A stretch of DNA of 64,000 nt from Methanotrichaceae archaeon (GTDB lineage: Archaea; Halobacteriota; Methanosarcinia; Methanotrichales; Methanotrichaceae): contig CAWEXU010000030.1 in the NCBI GenBank assembly GCA_963813075.1, forward strand, positions 160,001 to 224,000. Reading direction: 5' to 3'. The position numbers and the translations under genes are program-made. Of this stretch, positions 48,480 to 57,907 are shown piece after piece; the stretch's first letter is position 1, and each line of letters begins with the position of its first letter. Below the pieces are notes generated by a model. That model had not been told where the DNA came from, searched no databases, and saw only the letters and a list, made by a program, of their open reading frames with translations.

Positions 48480-49470
48480 TTGGCCATCATCCTGAGGATT
48501 GTTCAAATGAGATTCGTAGTGAGATTTATCCTCTGCATTCTGGCAGCTATATCACTAATAGCAATACCAGAAGCAGCAGAAAGCTGGATCATACAGACCG
48601 TCAGCCAGGAGATAGAGGATGCGGAAGGCCTGGGATGTCTACAAAACAGCATCCAGATTTCAGGCAGCAACGGGGGCGATATCTTCTCAGTCCAGCAGAT
48701 GAATCAACTGCAAGGCCGGATCAATCCCAGCGGAACATTTGAATTTGCCATTACCAGCAATGGTATTGTGGCCCAGGGAATTAGCGCCGAGAACTTAACG
48801 GATATCATGGAGGATATCAGGAATAAGGATAATGTATCCGGCATCAACTTTTGCAGAATGAGCATTCCGGCGATAGATTCTCTGCCAGATGTGCCAGGAT
48901 AATGATCCCGAGGACGGACTGCAAGAAATAGATATGAACTCCAGCCGGGATATGATTGCCTGGGCAGAAATTCTCATGGCAATTTCATTGTATGACTTTG
49001 GTGATGCTCCGGAGAGCTATCACCTTCTCCCCTCCAATGAGGCCCGACACCAGGTCGTTCCAGGATTTCATCTGGGCGGAGGTGTTGATGGGGAAGAAGA
49101 TGCCCTGCCTGGACCAGATGCATCGGGAGACGATATGGACGGCCAGGATGATGAAGACGGCGTGATCTTTTCCGACCCCTTCGAGCCCGGAAGGGAGGCC
49201 CGTATTATTGTTTCGTCATCTCAGCCTGGTTTTCTCAGTGCCTGGATGGATTTTAATGGCGATGGAGAATGGAGCAATGAAAGTGAGAGGATATTCTGCG
49301 ATCAGTTGCTGGATAGGGGAGAAAATCACCTCACCATCAGAGTGCCGGCAGGAGACCTTCCCGATCAGGTATACTTACGCTTTCGCTTGAGCAGCAAAAA
49401 AGGATTGCTGCCCGATGGGGCAGCCCCAGATGGTGAGGTGGAGGACTACTCTGTCGTTGGGTTGTCCTGA
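48480..49470 (+). CDS. Secreted GEVED-domain protein, probably one gene split by a frameshift near 48893
   Basis: The 5' ORF has a signal peptide; the 3' ORF has DFGDAPESY, DDEDGV, AWMDFNGDG, YLRFRLS, GEVEDY. Confidence 0.7.
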
Positions 49471-49590
49471 TTCACCTGTACGCCGGTCGCATTTAGCCTG
49501 TACTGCATGACCAGAGTTCTGTTGGTCTCAGGCCTCCAGAAACCATCGTTCCAAAGAATCTCCCCCTTGGAATTGACTCGGAGCGGGAAT

Positions 49591-50403
49591 TCATATGTGC
49601 CATTTTGCCCGATCAGGGGAAAACTTCGGCGCCATTATAGAGCTTTTGCCTTCGATCCAGGATGTTGCACTCCTATTTCCGGGAGTGATGGCAATATTTA
49701 CCCCCGATACTGCATAATCCCTCTGAGAGCTGTAGCCGGTCCATTTATACTTCAACGGAACGCTTCCCGCATTATTTCCATCCGTGTCCAGGAAAGCGTT
49801 TATCTCACTGAATTTATCCAGGAATTTCATTGAGATGTTATGCCTCAAACTGCTCGGGGCATCAACGGTGCATTCTCCATCCCCCAGGGAGTATCCTTTT
49901 AAATTGAATACCGCAAAATCTCCTTTGTATGAATTATTATTTAGTTTAATATCTTCTTTCATCATGGACAGAGGAGTAAAATAATCCAGCTGCACGTTGC
50001 CGGAACCGGCCCGATAGGAGAAGACAACAGAGTTTGATTCCCCGCCGGCCATGCTTCGAGTGTAGTTCAGATCGCTGGCATCTATCAATAGGCCTGCCCC
50101 TTGATTACCCTCCTTGGTTTTCATGTAGGCGACATCCTCAAAGCGGCTGCTGTTGGCGTTCTCGGCCATTGTAGTTGCGGAATTGGCGGAGAAAGAGGTC
50201 TGATAAACGCTGGCTGTGTTCGTGTAATCCACCCCATGCAGGTAAATGTTCTCCAGGACCTCACTGCCACTGGTGGCGTAGGTGTTCTGCAGTCTCACAT
50301 CGGCCGATGCAATGGATATCATGGAGATGATTGATAAGATAAACACCGCTACGATCATTGTTTTTTGGTTATTCAATATTGATGGCAGATCAATTACGTC
50401 CAT
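49591..50403 (-). CDS. Secreted beta-rich hypothetical protein; may extend to 49446 through a frameshift near 49612
   Basis: Signal-like IVAVFILSIISMISIASA; Ser/Asn/Thr-rich; the alternate frame continues GQNGTYEFPLRVNS... Confidence 0.6.
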   Translation of the reverse strand: MDVIDLPSILNNQKTMIVAVFILSIISMISIASADVRLQNTYATSGSEVLENIYLHGVDYTNTASVYQTSFSANSATTMAENANSSRFEDVAYMKTKEGNQGAGLLIDASDLNYTRSMAGGESNSVVFSYRAGSGNVQLDYFTPLSMMKEDIKLNNNSYKGDFAVFNLKGYSLGDGECTVDAPSSLRHNISMKFLDKFSEINAFLDTDGNNAGSVPLKYKWTGYSSQRDYAVSGVNIAITPGNRSATSWIEGKSSIMAPKFSPDRAKWHI

Positions 50404-50954
50404 ATAACATCGCCTCCAGCAGATGACTCTTTTTTTCCATTTGAGAATTCAACCACAATAAAATTTGGCTGCGATGGCGTAAATAGATTTTCCCGAATGG
50501 TTGTTTCATTAATCATGGCCTTCTCCTCACTGAGGTTTCCTATTGGAGGGAATTTTAGGCGGGCAAGTAGGATGGGGATCCTCTCGGTTCCCAGTGAATG
50601 GCTCATTTCGCTGTATATCAAGGCAAGATCATGGCTTTCAACCAGATCTATGCCATCTTTGCCGCTCTGCTCGTCCCTGGATAGATCCTCCAGTCTTTTC
50701 AAGGCCGAGGATATTGCCACCTCTCCGATTAATAATAGATCCTCTCTTTTCGATGGCTCATCCGGCAGGACAATACTGGCAAGAATTATGTTTGACTCAT
50801 TGACCACCCGGCTGATGTCATAGCCCTCCATATTGTCAGGGCTCACGCTATCAGATGGATAATCAGATACTGACACATCACCCTGCCCATTCGCAGCCGC
50901 AGGACAGAGGATGATTGCCAGGATGATAAAGAAAAAGAGGTTTAATGGGGTCAT
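50394..50954 (-). CDS. Secreted hypothetical protein
   Basis: Start placed at MTPLNLFFFIILAIILCPAAANG, 7 nt after the upstream stop. Confidence 0.6.
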   Translation of the reverse strand: MTPLNLFFFIILAIILCPAAANGQGDVSVSDYPSDSVSPDNMEGYDISRVVNESNIILASIVLPDEPSKREDLLLIGEVAISSALKRLEDLSRDEQSGKDGIDLVESHDLALIYSEMSHSLGTERIPILLARLKFPPIGNLSEEKAMINETTIRENLFTPSQPNFIVVEFSNGKKESSAGGDVIWT

Positions 50955-50961
50955 AATTATT

Positions 50962-51828
50962 CTAGGTCGTTGTACCCCATTTGCAGCAGACTCCGCCATT
51001 GCAGTCGCCGAACATATTTTCGATTGTATTGAACTTATCTTCATTTTCCTGCTCTTGTCTTTGTCTCTCCAGCTGCTCTTTAGCGAAGTCATTGAACATC
51101 TTCATGATCTCTGGGTTATTAAAGATACTGCCGAACTCAGACCATATATCCCCGAACATGCTCATATCCAGGGTTGACTCATTCATCGGGTCCAGGCTTC
51201 CCAACTCTGGATCATATCTGAACAGCACCTCGTCTACAGTGCTTGACTCTCCAAACGCCCTGTTCAAAGCATCAATATCATAGCTTTCATAGAAATCCTC
51301 GTATAACAATAGCCGGGTCACAGAGACAGAATCCAAGGCCTCATTGTTCATCATGGACAGGTCGGACAGAGTTATCATATCCTCTCGAATTACGGCAAAA
51401 GGAAGCATTGCATCCTTTAGAGAGGTGTTTATGTAATATCCGTCACTGTAGAACTCATTTCCGAGTTGATCCTCGGCAATCAACCAGGAGAACTCCTCTA
51501 TATTCATCAGCTCAGAGCCATAGGAAAAAAATCCAGATTCACGTGACTTCTTGAGAGTGCCGTCATCTTCCAGAATATTTGTATTCATCGCACTCCACAG
51601 ACCCAGGGGACCATTGCTGAAGGTTGAGATGCTCTGCACATCCTTGGAGCTGACGATCAGTGCATCTTCAGCGTCATCTATGGGCATCCCAGTCGTCTCA
51701 AGGTCAAGATCAGAAGAATCATTATTGGTGAACTCCTGACAGGAGACACACTCGAGGGATAGTCCCCCCAATAAGACCAGCGCCATCATCAGGATGAACG
51801 ACCGACAGAATCCGAAGACTTGAGACAT
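50962..51828 (-). CDS. Secreted acidic hypothetical protein with a Cys-rich tail
   Basis: Hydrophobic N-terminus; C-terminal GDCNGGVCCKW. Confidence 0.65.
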   Translation of the reverse strand: MSQVFGFCRSFILMMALVLLGGLSLECVSCQEFTNNDSSDLDLETTGMPIDDAEDALIVSSKDVQSISTFSNGPLGLWSAMNTNILEDDGTLKKSRESGFFSYGSELMNIEEFSWLIAEDQLGNEFYSDGYYINTSLKDAMLPFAVIREDMITLSDLSMMNNEALDSVSVTRLLLYEDFYESYDIDALNRAFGESSTVDEVLFRYDPELGSLDPMNESTLDMSMFGDIWSEFGSIFNNPEIMKMFNDFAKEQLERQRQEQENEDKFNTIENMFGDCNGGVCCKWGTTT

Positions 51829-51853
51829 AATCGTAATAAATAATTTAAGGAAT

Positions 51854-51880
51854 AAGGCGGGGCTTCGCGCCTCGCCCTAT
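51854..51880 (-). terminator. Hairpin downstream of the 52610 gene
   Basis: GGCGGGGC-TTCGC-GCCTCGCC, then TTATT on the minus strand. Confidence 0.5.
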
Positions 51881-51928
51881 TCACATTGTTTGCGTTCTTA
51901 TGGCGTTTCCGCTAATGATCCGGTATGC

Positions 51929-52610
51929 TTAAGGATCCTTGGCGGCGACGGTGATGTTAACGTCGTTGACTACACTGCCGGTAGACGCCTGGCTGTCGGT
52001 TGTGGCGGAGTCTGCGGTGGCGGTGATGTTGATCACAGTCTGCAGGTCATCCACGATCATGGCCAACTTGTTGTCGACGTTCAGGATCTTGGCTTCCTCA
52101 CGGCTGTCGTAGTCGTATATTCTCTGGCTGGTCTGGTTGGTGGTCTGGCCGATGTAAGCGCCTTCCTTTACCCAAACGAGCTCGCCGTCAACTTCTTCCT
52201 GCTCCTTGAGGCCCTGGTTAGCGATCCAGGCAGCCTGAATAGCCTTGTTCCAGGTGAGGCCCTTTGCGCCTTCTTCACCAAGAGGCGGTCTCTGCAGATC
52301 CCAGGCCGGAGATCTTCTGGTTCATGACCTGATCGATTCTGGCGAAGCCAGCAACCCTGAAGACGCTGCCATTAGCGGCATCCTGGAACTTGGGTGTGAC
52401 AATGATAGCTGCGGAGAGACCCTCGTTTCCAACGCCGACCTTGTCGTTCTCCAGGTCCAACTCGTCAGCCACTCCGATCTTGACATCCTCGATCATCTGA
52501 TTATCAGTCTGGGTGATAATGTTTGCATAGCAATCTACACAAACCGGTACATCTGCACTTACTACTCCCATTGTCAGGAGAAGCATTAACGCTGCTAGAT
52601 ACTTCCACAT
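51929..52610 (-). CDS. Secreted ~226-aa protein with three imperfect Q/N repeats, +1 frameshift near 52286
   Basis: SD AGGAGG; signal peptide; after ...GLGSAET the shifted frame reads PLGEEGAKGLTWNKAIQAAWIANQG...VNITVAAKDP*; strongly biased codons in both halves. Confidence 0.75.
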
Positions 52611-52832
52611 AGCTTTTTTGCCTCCTAATATTCCTTATGTAATTCTTCCCCAATCCATGGAAAGGACATGTTCCCTTCCCAGGTGGTCATACATAACTTG
52701 CACCTGTAATTTATTAAAGGAATAGGAACCATGCATAAGTAACCTCATTACTTATAAGTAATATGGATTTTTTTTATATAGGATCATGCAGAGTAGTTCT
52801 TTATCGACAAACAGCCAGTGATGCCATTGAAT

Positions 52833-54296
52833 ATGAAGCATCTCTTCATCTTGCTGATATGCAGTCTGGAGATCTCTTTAGCGGTAGCTGCGGAGGATCC
52901 CATGAGCCAGGAAAATTTGCAGTTCACGATGCCGCTCAACGGTGCCAATATCACCCATCAATACGAAAATCTGACCGAATGGGACTGGTTTGCCTCATTC
53001 TCCATCCAGGAGCATCCGGATGCCCTTGCATCATCAGTGCACGCGGAAGAGGTGGAATCGCTGCAATTCTCTATAAACGACCTCTTTGTGATGGAAGAAG
53101 GAGATGGTGGGATCCAGTTCCCGAAATTTGACTCATCAGCCTATAGCTATCTGCCAGAGATCGAAGAGGAAGGGTCAGGGATGAATGAGCTTCTCAGCCG
53201 CTCGAGCAGAAGCACAAGCTCTCCCGAACTGCAATATATTTATAAAAATAATAAAACCCAACAATGGCTGCTTGACTATAGCTCATCCATTGGCATGCTT
53301 GAGGAGAGCAGGATCGCTTATGCAGATAACGAAATTGTTGATAAATCCATTGCTAAGATCGGTGATATTGATCCTTTGAAAACGGAATTTGGGGATATGC
53401 TCGGAACAGGCTACTCCTCAGACCGTCAGCTGCTGATGCCGGAGCGAATTGCCCAGCTATATGAGACATCCCTTATGGCACCCCATAATGTTGGTTTAAT
53501 TCCCGCCCCAGAGGGAAATGATCAGATCCTGAATCCTTTTAGCGGCTCGTTTGATCCCCATACGATGGATGAACTCTCCAGCGCAGGTTACAGCTATATT
53601 CCTGAAACGCTCCCGTCCCCACGAAATAAGAAGGAGCTAAAGAATTATGCCATAGTTGTGGGGATTGATGAGTACAAGGACAGAATGAGCCTTCATACCT
53701 GCGCGAATGATGCCAGATCGATGGCAGATCTCATGGAAGAGATGGGCTATGATGTTGTACTGATCAGCGACCATACCAATGAGAAGCCGACTAAAGAAAA
53801 TATCCTGAACATGGCATTCGAGGAGATAAGAGAGAAGCCGAATGTGGGTAATGTGATATTTTATTTCTCAGGACACGGGGTGAAAGCGGAAAATGAAGTG
53901 TTCTATCTGATACCCCAGAATGCCAATGGAACTGTCTCCACCTATATCAGTGAGAGTGAGGTCAAAGAGCAGATCATGAGCTTTAAAAATTTTGCTATGA
54001 TCATCGATGCCTGCAATAGCGAAGGTCTGAGCCGGGCAATAGGAGATGGCCAGCTCATAATAGCCTCATCCATGTATAATGAATCCAGCAATGGAGAATG
54101 GACCGGTTCCATGAGCGTCTTCACCTCTTATCTGATCAAAGCGATCAGAGAGGAGAAGGAGAGAAGCAACCGAGTCCTCCTGCAAAGGTGCTTCGACAAG
54201 GCCCAGAGCGATACCGTGAGATGGTCCCAGAATCATCTGATCAGCCAGACCCCGGTGATTCTGGACAACACCGGTGGAATATATTACATAAACTAA
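52833..54296 (+). CDS. Secreted caspase-like (peptidase C14) protein with a long N-terminal region
   Basis: Signal peptide MKHLFILLICSLEISLAVAA; YAIVVGIDEY, CANDA, FYFSGHG (His), IIDACNS (Cys), SVFT..L, SQTP. Confidence 0.88.
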   Translation: MKHLFILLICSLEISLAVAAEDPMSQENLQFTMPLNGANITHQYENLTEWDWFASFSIQEHPDALASSVHAEEVESLQFSINDLFVMEEGDGGIQFPKFDSSAYSYLPEIEEEGSGMNELLSRSSRSTSSPELQYIYKNNKTQQWLLDYSSSIGMLEESRIAYADNEIVDKSIAKIGDIDPLKTEFGDMLGTGYSSDRQLLMPERIAQLYETSLMAPHNVGLIPAPEGNDQILNPFSGSFDPHTMDELSSAGYSYIPETLPSPRNKKELKNYAIVVGIDEYKDRMSLHTCANDARSMADLMEEMGYDVVLISDHTNEKPTKENILNMAFEEIREKPNVGNVIFYFSGHGVKAENEVFYLIPQNANGTVSTYISESEVKEQIMSFKNFAMIIDACNSEGLSRAIGDGQLIIASSMYNESSNGEWTGSMSVFTSYLIKAIREEKERSNRVLLQRCFDKAQSDTVRWSQNHLISQTPVILDNTGGIYYIN

Positions 54297-54451
54297 AATA
54301 GAATGCGAGCAAATGAATCGCTCGCAATCCAAAGGCCTTTTTTACTTCTATAATATCGAATCGCAGGTCAGGCCCGCTAATCTGACCAGGGCTTGATGCA
54401 TACGATTTTCTCGCCATCGTCTCCCAGGTCGAGGTGACGGGATCGCAGCCC

Positions 54452-55810
54452 CTATACGAGGTTGTTGATATCGACATATCCGTAATCCTCGCTCACCGGG
54501 CAACCCTCATGGCTGCAGCTGAGGGTGTAAGGATAGTGGCCCGCTGTGCCTGGGGTGACGTTGATCAGATCTATGTTCAGTTCAGAATCGCAGTCCCCGC
54601 AATTGGCAACTGATCTGACCTCAGATTCGATGTCCTCCAACGAAGCCCCGGCAAAGAGGCAGACATCCGGAGCACTGGCCTGGCAGGAACATGGCAAAGC
54701 TGAGCAACCGGTGAAGAATACCGGGATGGTGCACAGAGAATCGCATCCCACTGGACCTTCTGCCTGGCAGGTGACATTGATCCAATATACGCCCTCCTCC
54801 ACGAATCCGGAAATGGGATCTATTTGCCAGTCAGGGAACTGGAACTGGGGCGTTTCATCGCACTCGCCGCAGGGAGCAGGATTGATCTCCAGGATCAAGC
54901 CCTCCAGCTCAGCGGGATACATGCATGCACCGGATGTGAAGCCGATCAGCTCACAGCTGCACATCTGGATGACGGTGATAGTGCCCGAATCAGAGGCCAG
55001 GCAACCGCCATCCCCACAGGAGGCACTGTAACTCCCTCCAGTTACATATCCCTCTTCATCCATGATAACCGGGGAGAAGTCCAGGACAGCAGTCTGCTCA
55101 CAATCTGAGCAACTGGCATTTTCTGCCGCCATAACCATGAAATCCTCCAGCGTAACTGTTCCCTGGCAGAATGAAAAATCAGGAGCATTGGCCTGGCACA
55201 TCGCCTGAACGGTCACACTGCCCCTGGCAGGATGGCATGAGCCGCATCTTATGGTGTAGTCATATATTCCTGGCAACGGCACCCCGTCCCCATCAAGGTA
55301 CAACTGGCGGAGGTCCAACACTGGTGTGATATCACCGCATCCATAGCATGCTGCCCCAGCTTCCAGGAGCCCCGCCCGGACCTGTTCTACACTATCTGGT
55401 GAGCAGATGGCTGCCTGGGCGACATGAGGCTTGCAAGAGCAGGTGACAAGGAACTTGGCCGTGGCCGGATATTTTGCCGCGCAATCCCCATTGATGGCAT
55501 TGTACTTGAACTGCACATAGGTGCCCGGCTGAATATCAGGAGACGGGTCATAGACAAAGGACCCATCAGCAGCAACTTCAAGGGTCCCATATTTGGGGTC
55601 CACGGTGATCCTCTCCGGATTTATGACGGCAACGGCAGCAGGATCATTTGCCAGAATTCCCGCGGTCCTTGGGACCTCTTTTATAACCCCGCATTGAGCG
55701 GAATATAGCTCCCCCCGGAGAAACCAGGGACAGGTTGCTGAGGATAGAGAAGCGAAATATATTATCAGAATCGCCACTACTATACAGCTACTCGAAAAGC
55801 TCTTATGCAT
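54452..55810 (-). CDS. Secreted Cys-rich modular protein (CPWF paralogue C): Ig-like Big_9-type domain plus four Cys-rich modules
   Basis: Signal peptide; CPWFLRGELYSAQCG...GILAND...DPKYG...DGSFVY; repeated CxC...CxxC(D/E/G)...GxY...C modules. Confidence 0.8.
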   Translation of the reverse strand: MHKSFSSSCIVVAILIIYFASLSSATCPWFLRGELYSAQCGVIKEVPRTAGILANDPAAVAVINPERITVDPKYGTLEVAADGSFVYDPSPDIQPGTYVQFKYNAINGDCAAKYPATAKFLVTCSCKPHVAQAAICSPDSVEQVRAGLLEAGAACYGCGDITPVLDLRQLYLDGDGVPLPGIYDYTIRCGSCHPARGSVTVQAMCQANAPDFSFCQGTVTLEDFMVMAAENASCSDCEQTAVLDFSPVIMDEEGYVTGGSYSASCGDGGCLASDSGTITVIQMCSCELIGFTSGACMYPAELEGLILEINPAPCGECDETPQFQFPDWQIDPISGFVEEGVYWINVTCQAEGPVGCDSLCTIPVFFTGCSALPCSCQASAPDVCLFAGASLEDIESEVRSVANCGDCDSELNIDLINVTPGTAGHYPYTLSCSHEGCPVSEDYGYVDINNLV

Positions 55811-56044
55811 ATTTTCCCTCCAGATGAAGAATTACCTTCATCAATAAAAGCCTCAGATTCTGAAACATAAATATAGAGACTAATTCCAAATCAGTTGCGA
55901 AGATAATAAATTCTGTTAAATAATCCAAATCATCAGGTTCAAATCCTCTGGCGGACTCTGGACTGCTTTTGGAGAAGCATAAATCGAGATTTATAGATTA
56001 AAAAGAGGAGGTGGGAGCGAAAAGATTTGCTCCTTCTCAGGATT

Positions 56045-57496
56045 TCAGTGGCAATAGCCCTCAATGACAGATATCATTCCCGTAGCCTCATCGTAGCAGT
56101 CTATGCCCTCGCACGTGACAGTGTATTCATATTGGCCAGGTTCTGTCCAATCGATGCCGGGCGGAATGACTATCGTCTCATTATCACAGCAGCCTGAGCA
56201 GCCCCCATTAGCAGCGGCAAACTTATCGTAGAAATCTGTATAGCCGTTATACTGGTTATAGTAGTCCAGGCAGCAGATATCTACTTGATTGGGGTAATTG
56301 GAGTTAAGCAGGCAGCATGGCGTGCAGATGATGGAAAGGCAGATGTCAGGAGCATAGGCCTCGCAGGGGCCACCCTCTTGGCAGGTAACTTGAACCTCTC
56401 CATAACAGGTGGAGTCGCAGTCCACCACCGTCTCATCTTGGGCATGACAGGTTACACTAAATGTATAGACTCCGGTTTCTACGAATCCAGTTGTCTGGTT
56501 TACCTGCCACTCAGAGAAGTCCCATTCGGGAGTATCATCGCAGTCGCCACCACAGGGTTGGGAATTTATATCTTTTATCATAGCCTCCGCATCTTCAGGA
56601 GTCATGCATGCGTCTATTGTGAAACTTATAGTCTCACAGTCGCACTTGCGCACGATGGTGATGTATCCAGTATCAGATCCGCCGCAGTTGTTGACGTCTC
56701 CACAGGTGCCGGTGAAGCTGCCCCCATCCACGAATCCATCAACTACCTCAACACCGGAGAAGTCCATTACCGGGGTCAGGTCGCAATCTATGCAGCGAGC
56801 ATCTCTTGTGGCCATCTCCTCGAACTGCTCAAGGGTATAGTATCCCTCACAGAAGGTGTAGTTCTCGACCTGGGCATCACACCGGTCGATGAGCACTATC
56901 TCTCCGCAGGCGAGCTGACATCCGGGGCACTTTATGCAGAACTCATAAGTTCCTGCCACGGGCATGCCGTTCTCATCCAGTTCGATTATGCCCAGATCGA
57001 TGGGAGTGGTGACATCGCCGCAACCGACGCATCCAATCTCTGCCTCTTCCAGGATATCTCTGATCTCATCCAGGGTTACAGGCAGGCAGATGGGCGGTAT
57101 GGGGCCGACATGAGCCTTGCATGAGCACACTATCTGGAACTTGGCTGTGGCCGGGTATTTTGCCGCACACTGGCCATTGGTTGCATTGTACTTGAATTGC
57201 ACATAGATGCCTTGCTGGATGTTCTTGGATGGTTTATAGACGAAAGAGCCATCTTCTGCAACCTCTATTGTTCCATACTTCGGATCAATTGTTATCGATT
57301 CTGGATCCAGCACCGCGACCCCCTGGGGATCGTTGGCCAAAATTCCCTTGTCTGCACCGACGACCTTATCCACTCCGCAAGTGGCGGAGTAAAGCTCGCC
57401 CTTCAAAAACCAGGGACATGTTGCTGCCGATAGCGAAGCGAGAGATAAAAGCAAGATCGCCACAGCTATGCAGCCATTCATCATTCTCTTGTTCAT
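56045..57496 (-). CDS. Secreted Cys-rich modular protein (CPWF paralogue B)
   Basis: CPWFLKGELYSATCG; same architecture as 54452-55810. Confidence 0.8.
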   Translation of the reverse strand: MNKRMMNGCIAVAILLLSLASLSAATCPWFLKGELYSATCGVDKVVGADKGILANDPQGVAVLDPESITIDPKYGTIEVAEDGSFVYKPSKNIQQGIYVQFKYNATNGQCAAKYPATAKFQIVCSCKAHVGPIPPICLPVTLDEIRDILEEAEIGCVGCGDVTTPIDLGIIELDENGMPVAGTYEFCIKCPGCQLACGEIVLIDRCDAQVENYTFCEGYYTLEQFEEMATRDARCIDCDLTPVMDFSGVEVVDGFVDGGSFTGTCGDVNNCGGSDTGYITIVRKCDCETISFTIDACMTPEDAEAMIKDINSQPCGGDCDDTPEWDFSEWQVNQTTGFVETGVYTFSVTCHAQDETVVDCDSTCYGEVQVTCQEGGPCEAYAPDICLSIICTPCCLLNSNYPNQVDICCLDYYNQYNGYTDFYDKFAAANGGCSGCCDNETIVIPPGIDWTEPGQYEYTVTCEGIDCYDEATGMISVIEGYCH

Positions 57497-57907
57497 ACTT
57501 TGCCTCCATATGAAGAAATTAATCTTCGCTCATAATATCTGATTGCTGAGACATAAATAGACACTAATTTCTAATCAGATCTCACAATCATAATTCCAAA
57601 TAATATATCATGTTCGTGTTTTATATATTTATTAATTGTTGATTATTTTTCCTTAATACGGGATTGATTTAGGGCGGAAATCAGAGACCATTGACATGGC
57701 AAAAAAAAAGGTCATTATGTATTAATTATAATAACAAATCCGTTATTCATTTTATGTTTTATAGTATATTTATAAAAGAAAATATCGATCATTATGAATA
57801 TATCCTCAGACAATTCTATTAAAAAAAATAGAGAGTTAGAGCACATGAAGATGCTCTAAATCCATTTAGCAGAGCCCTTTGCAGCCCCATGGCCCACAGT
57901 TTCGTTT

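Noticed and set aside
50955..51092. Apparent 131-nt overlap between two minus-strand genes
   Set aside because: The downstream gene more plausibly starts at ATG 50954, which begins a signal peptide and removes the overlap.
33080..52290. Programmed ribosomal frameshifting as the explanation for the split genes
   Set aside because: There are no consistent slippery heptamers or stimulatory structures, the lesions are scattered, and one gene has three.
52833..54296. Caspase plus TPR protein as an anti-phage or cell-death system
   Set aside because: The caspase has a signal peptide, the TPR gene is more than 20 kb away, and no gasdermin, NLR, CHAT or cyclase partner is visible.
55230..55250. CxxCH (CGSCH) suggesting a c-type cytochrome
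   Set aside because: It occurs once and is not conserved in the paralogues (CPGCQ, CSGTQ); it is expected by chance in a Cys-rich protein.
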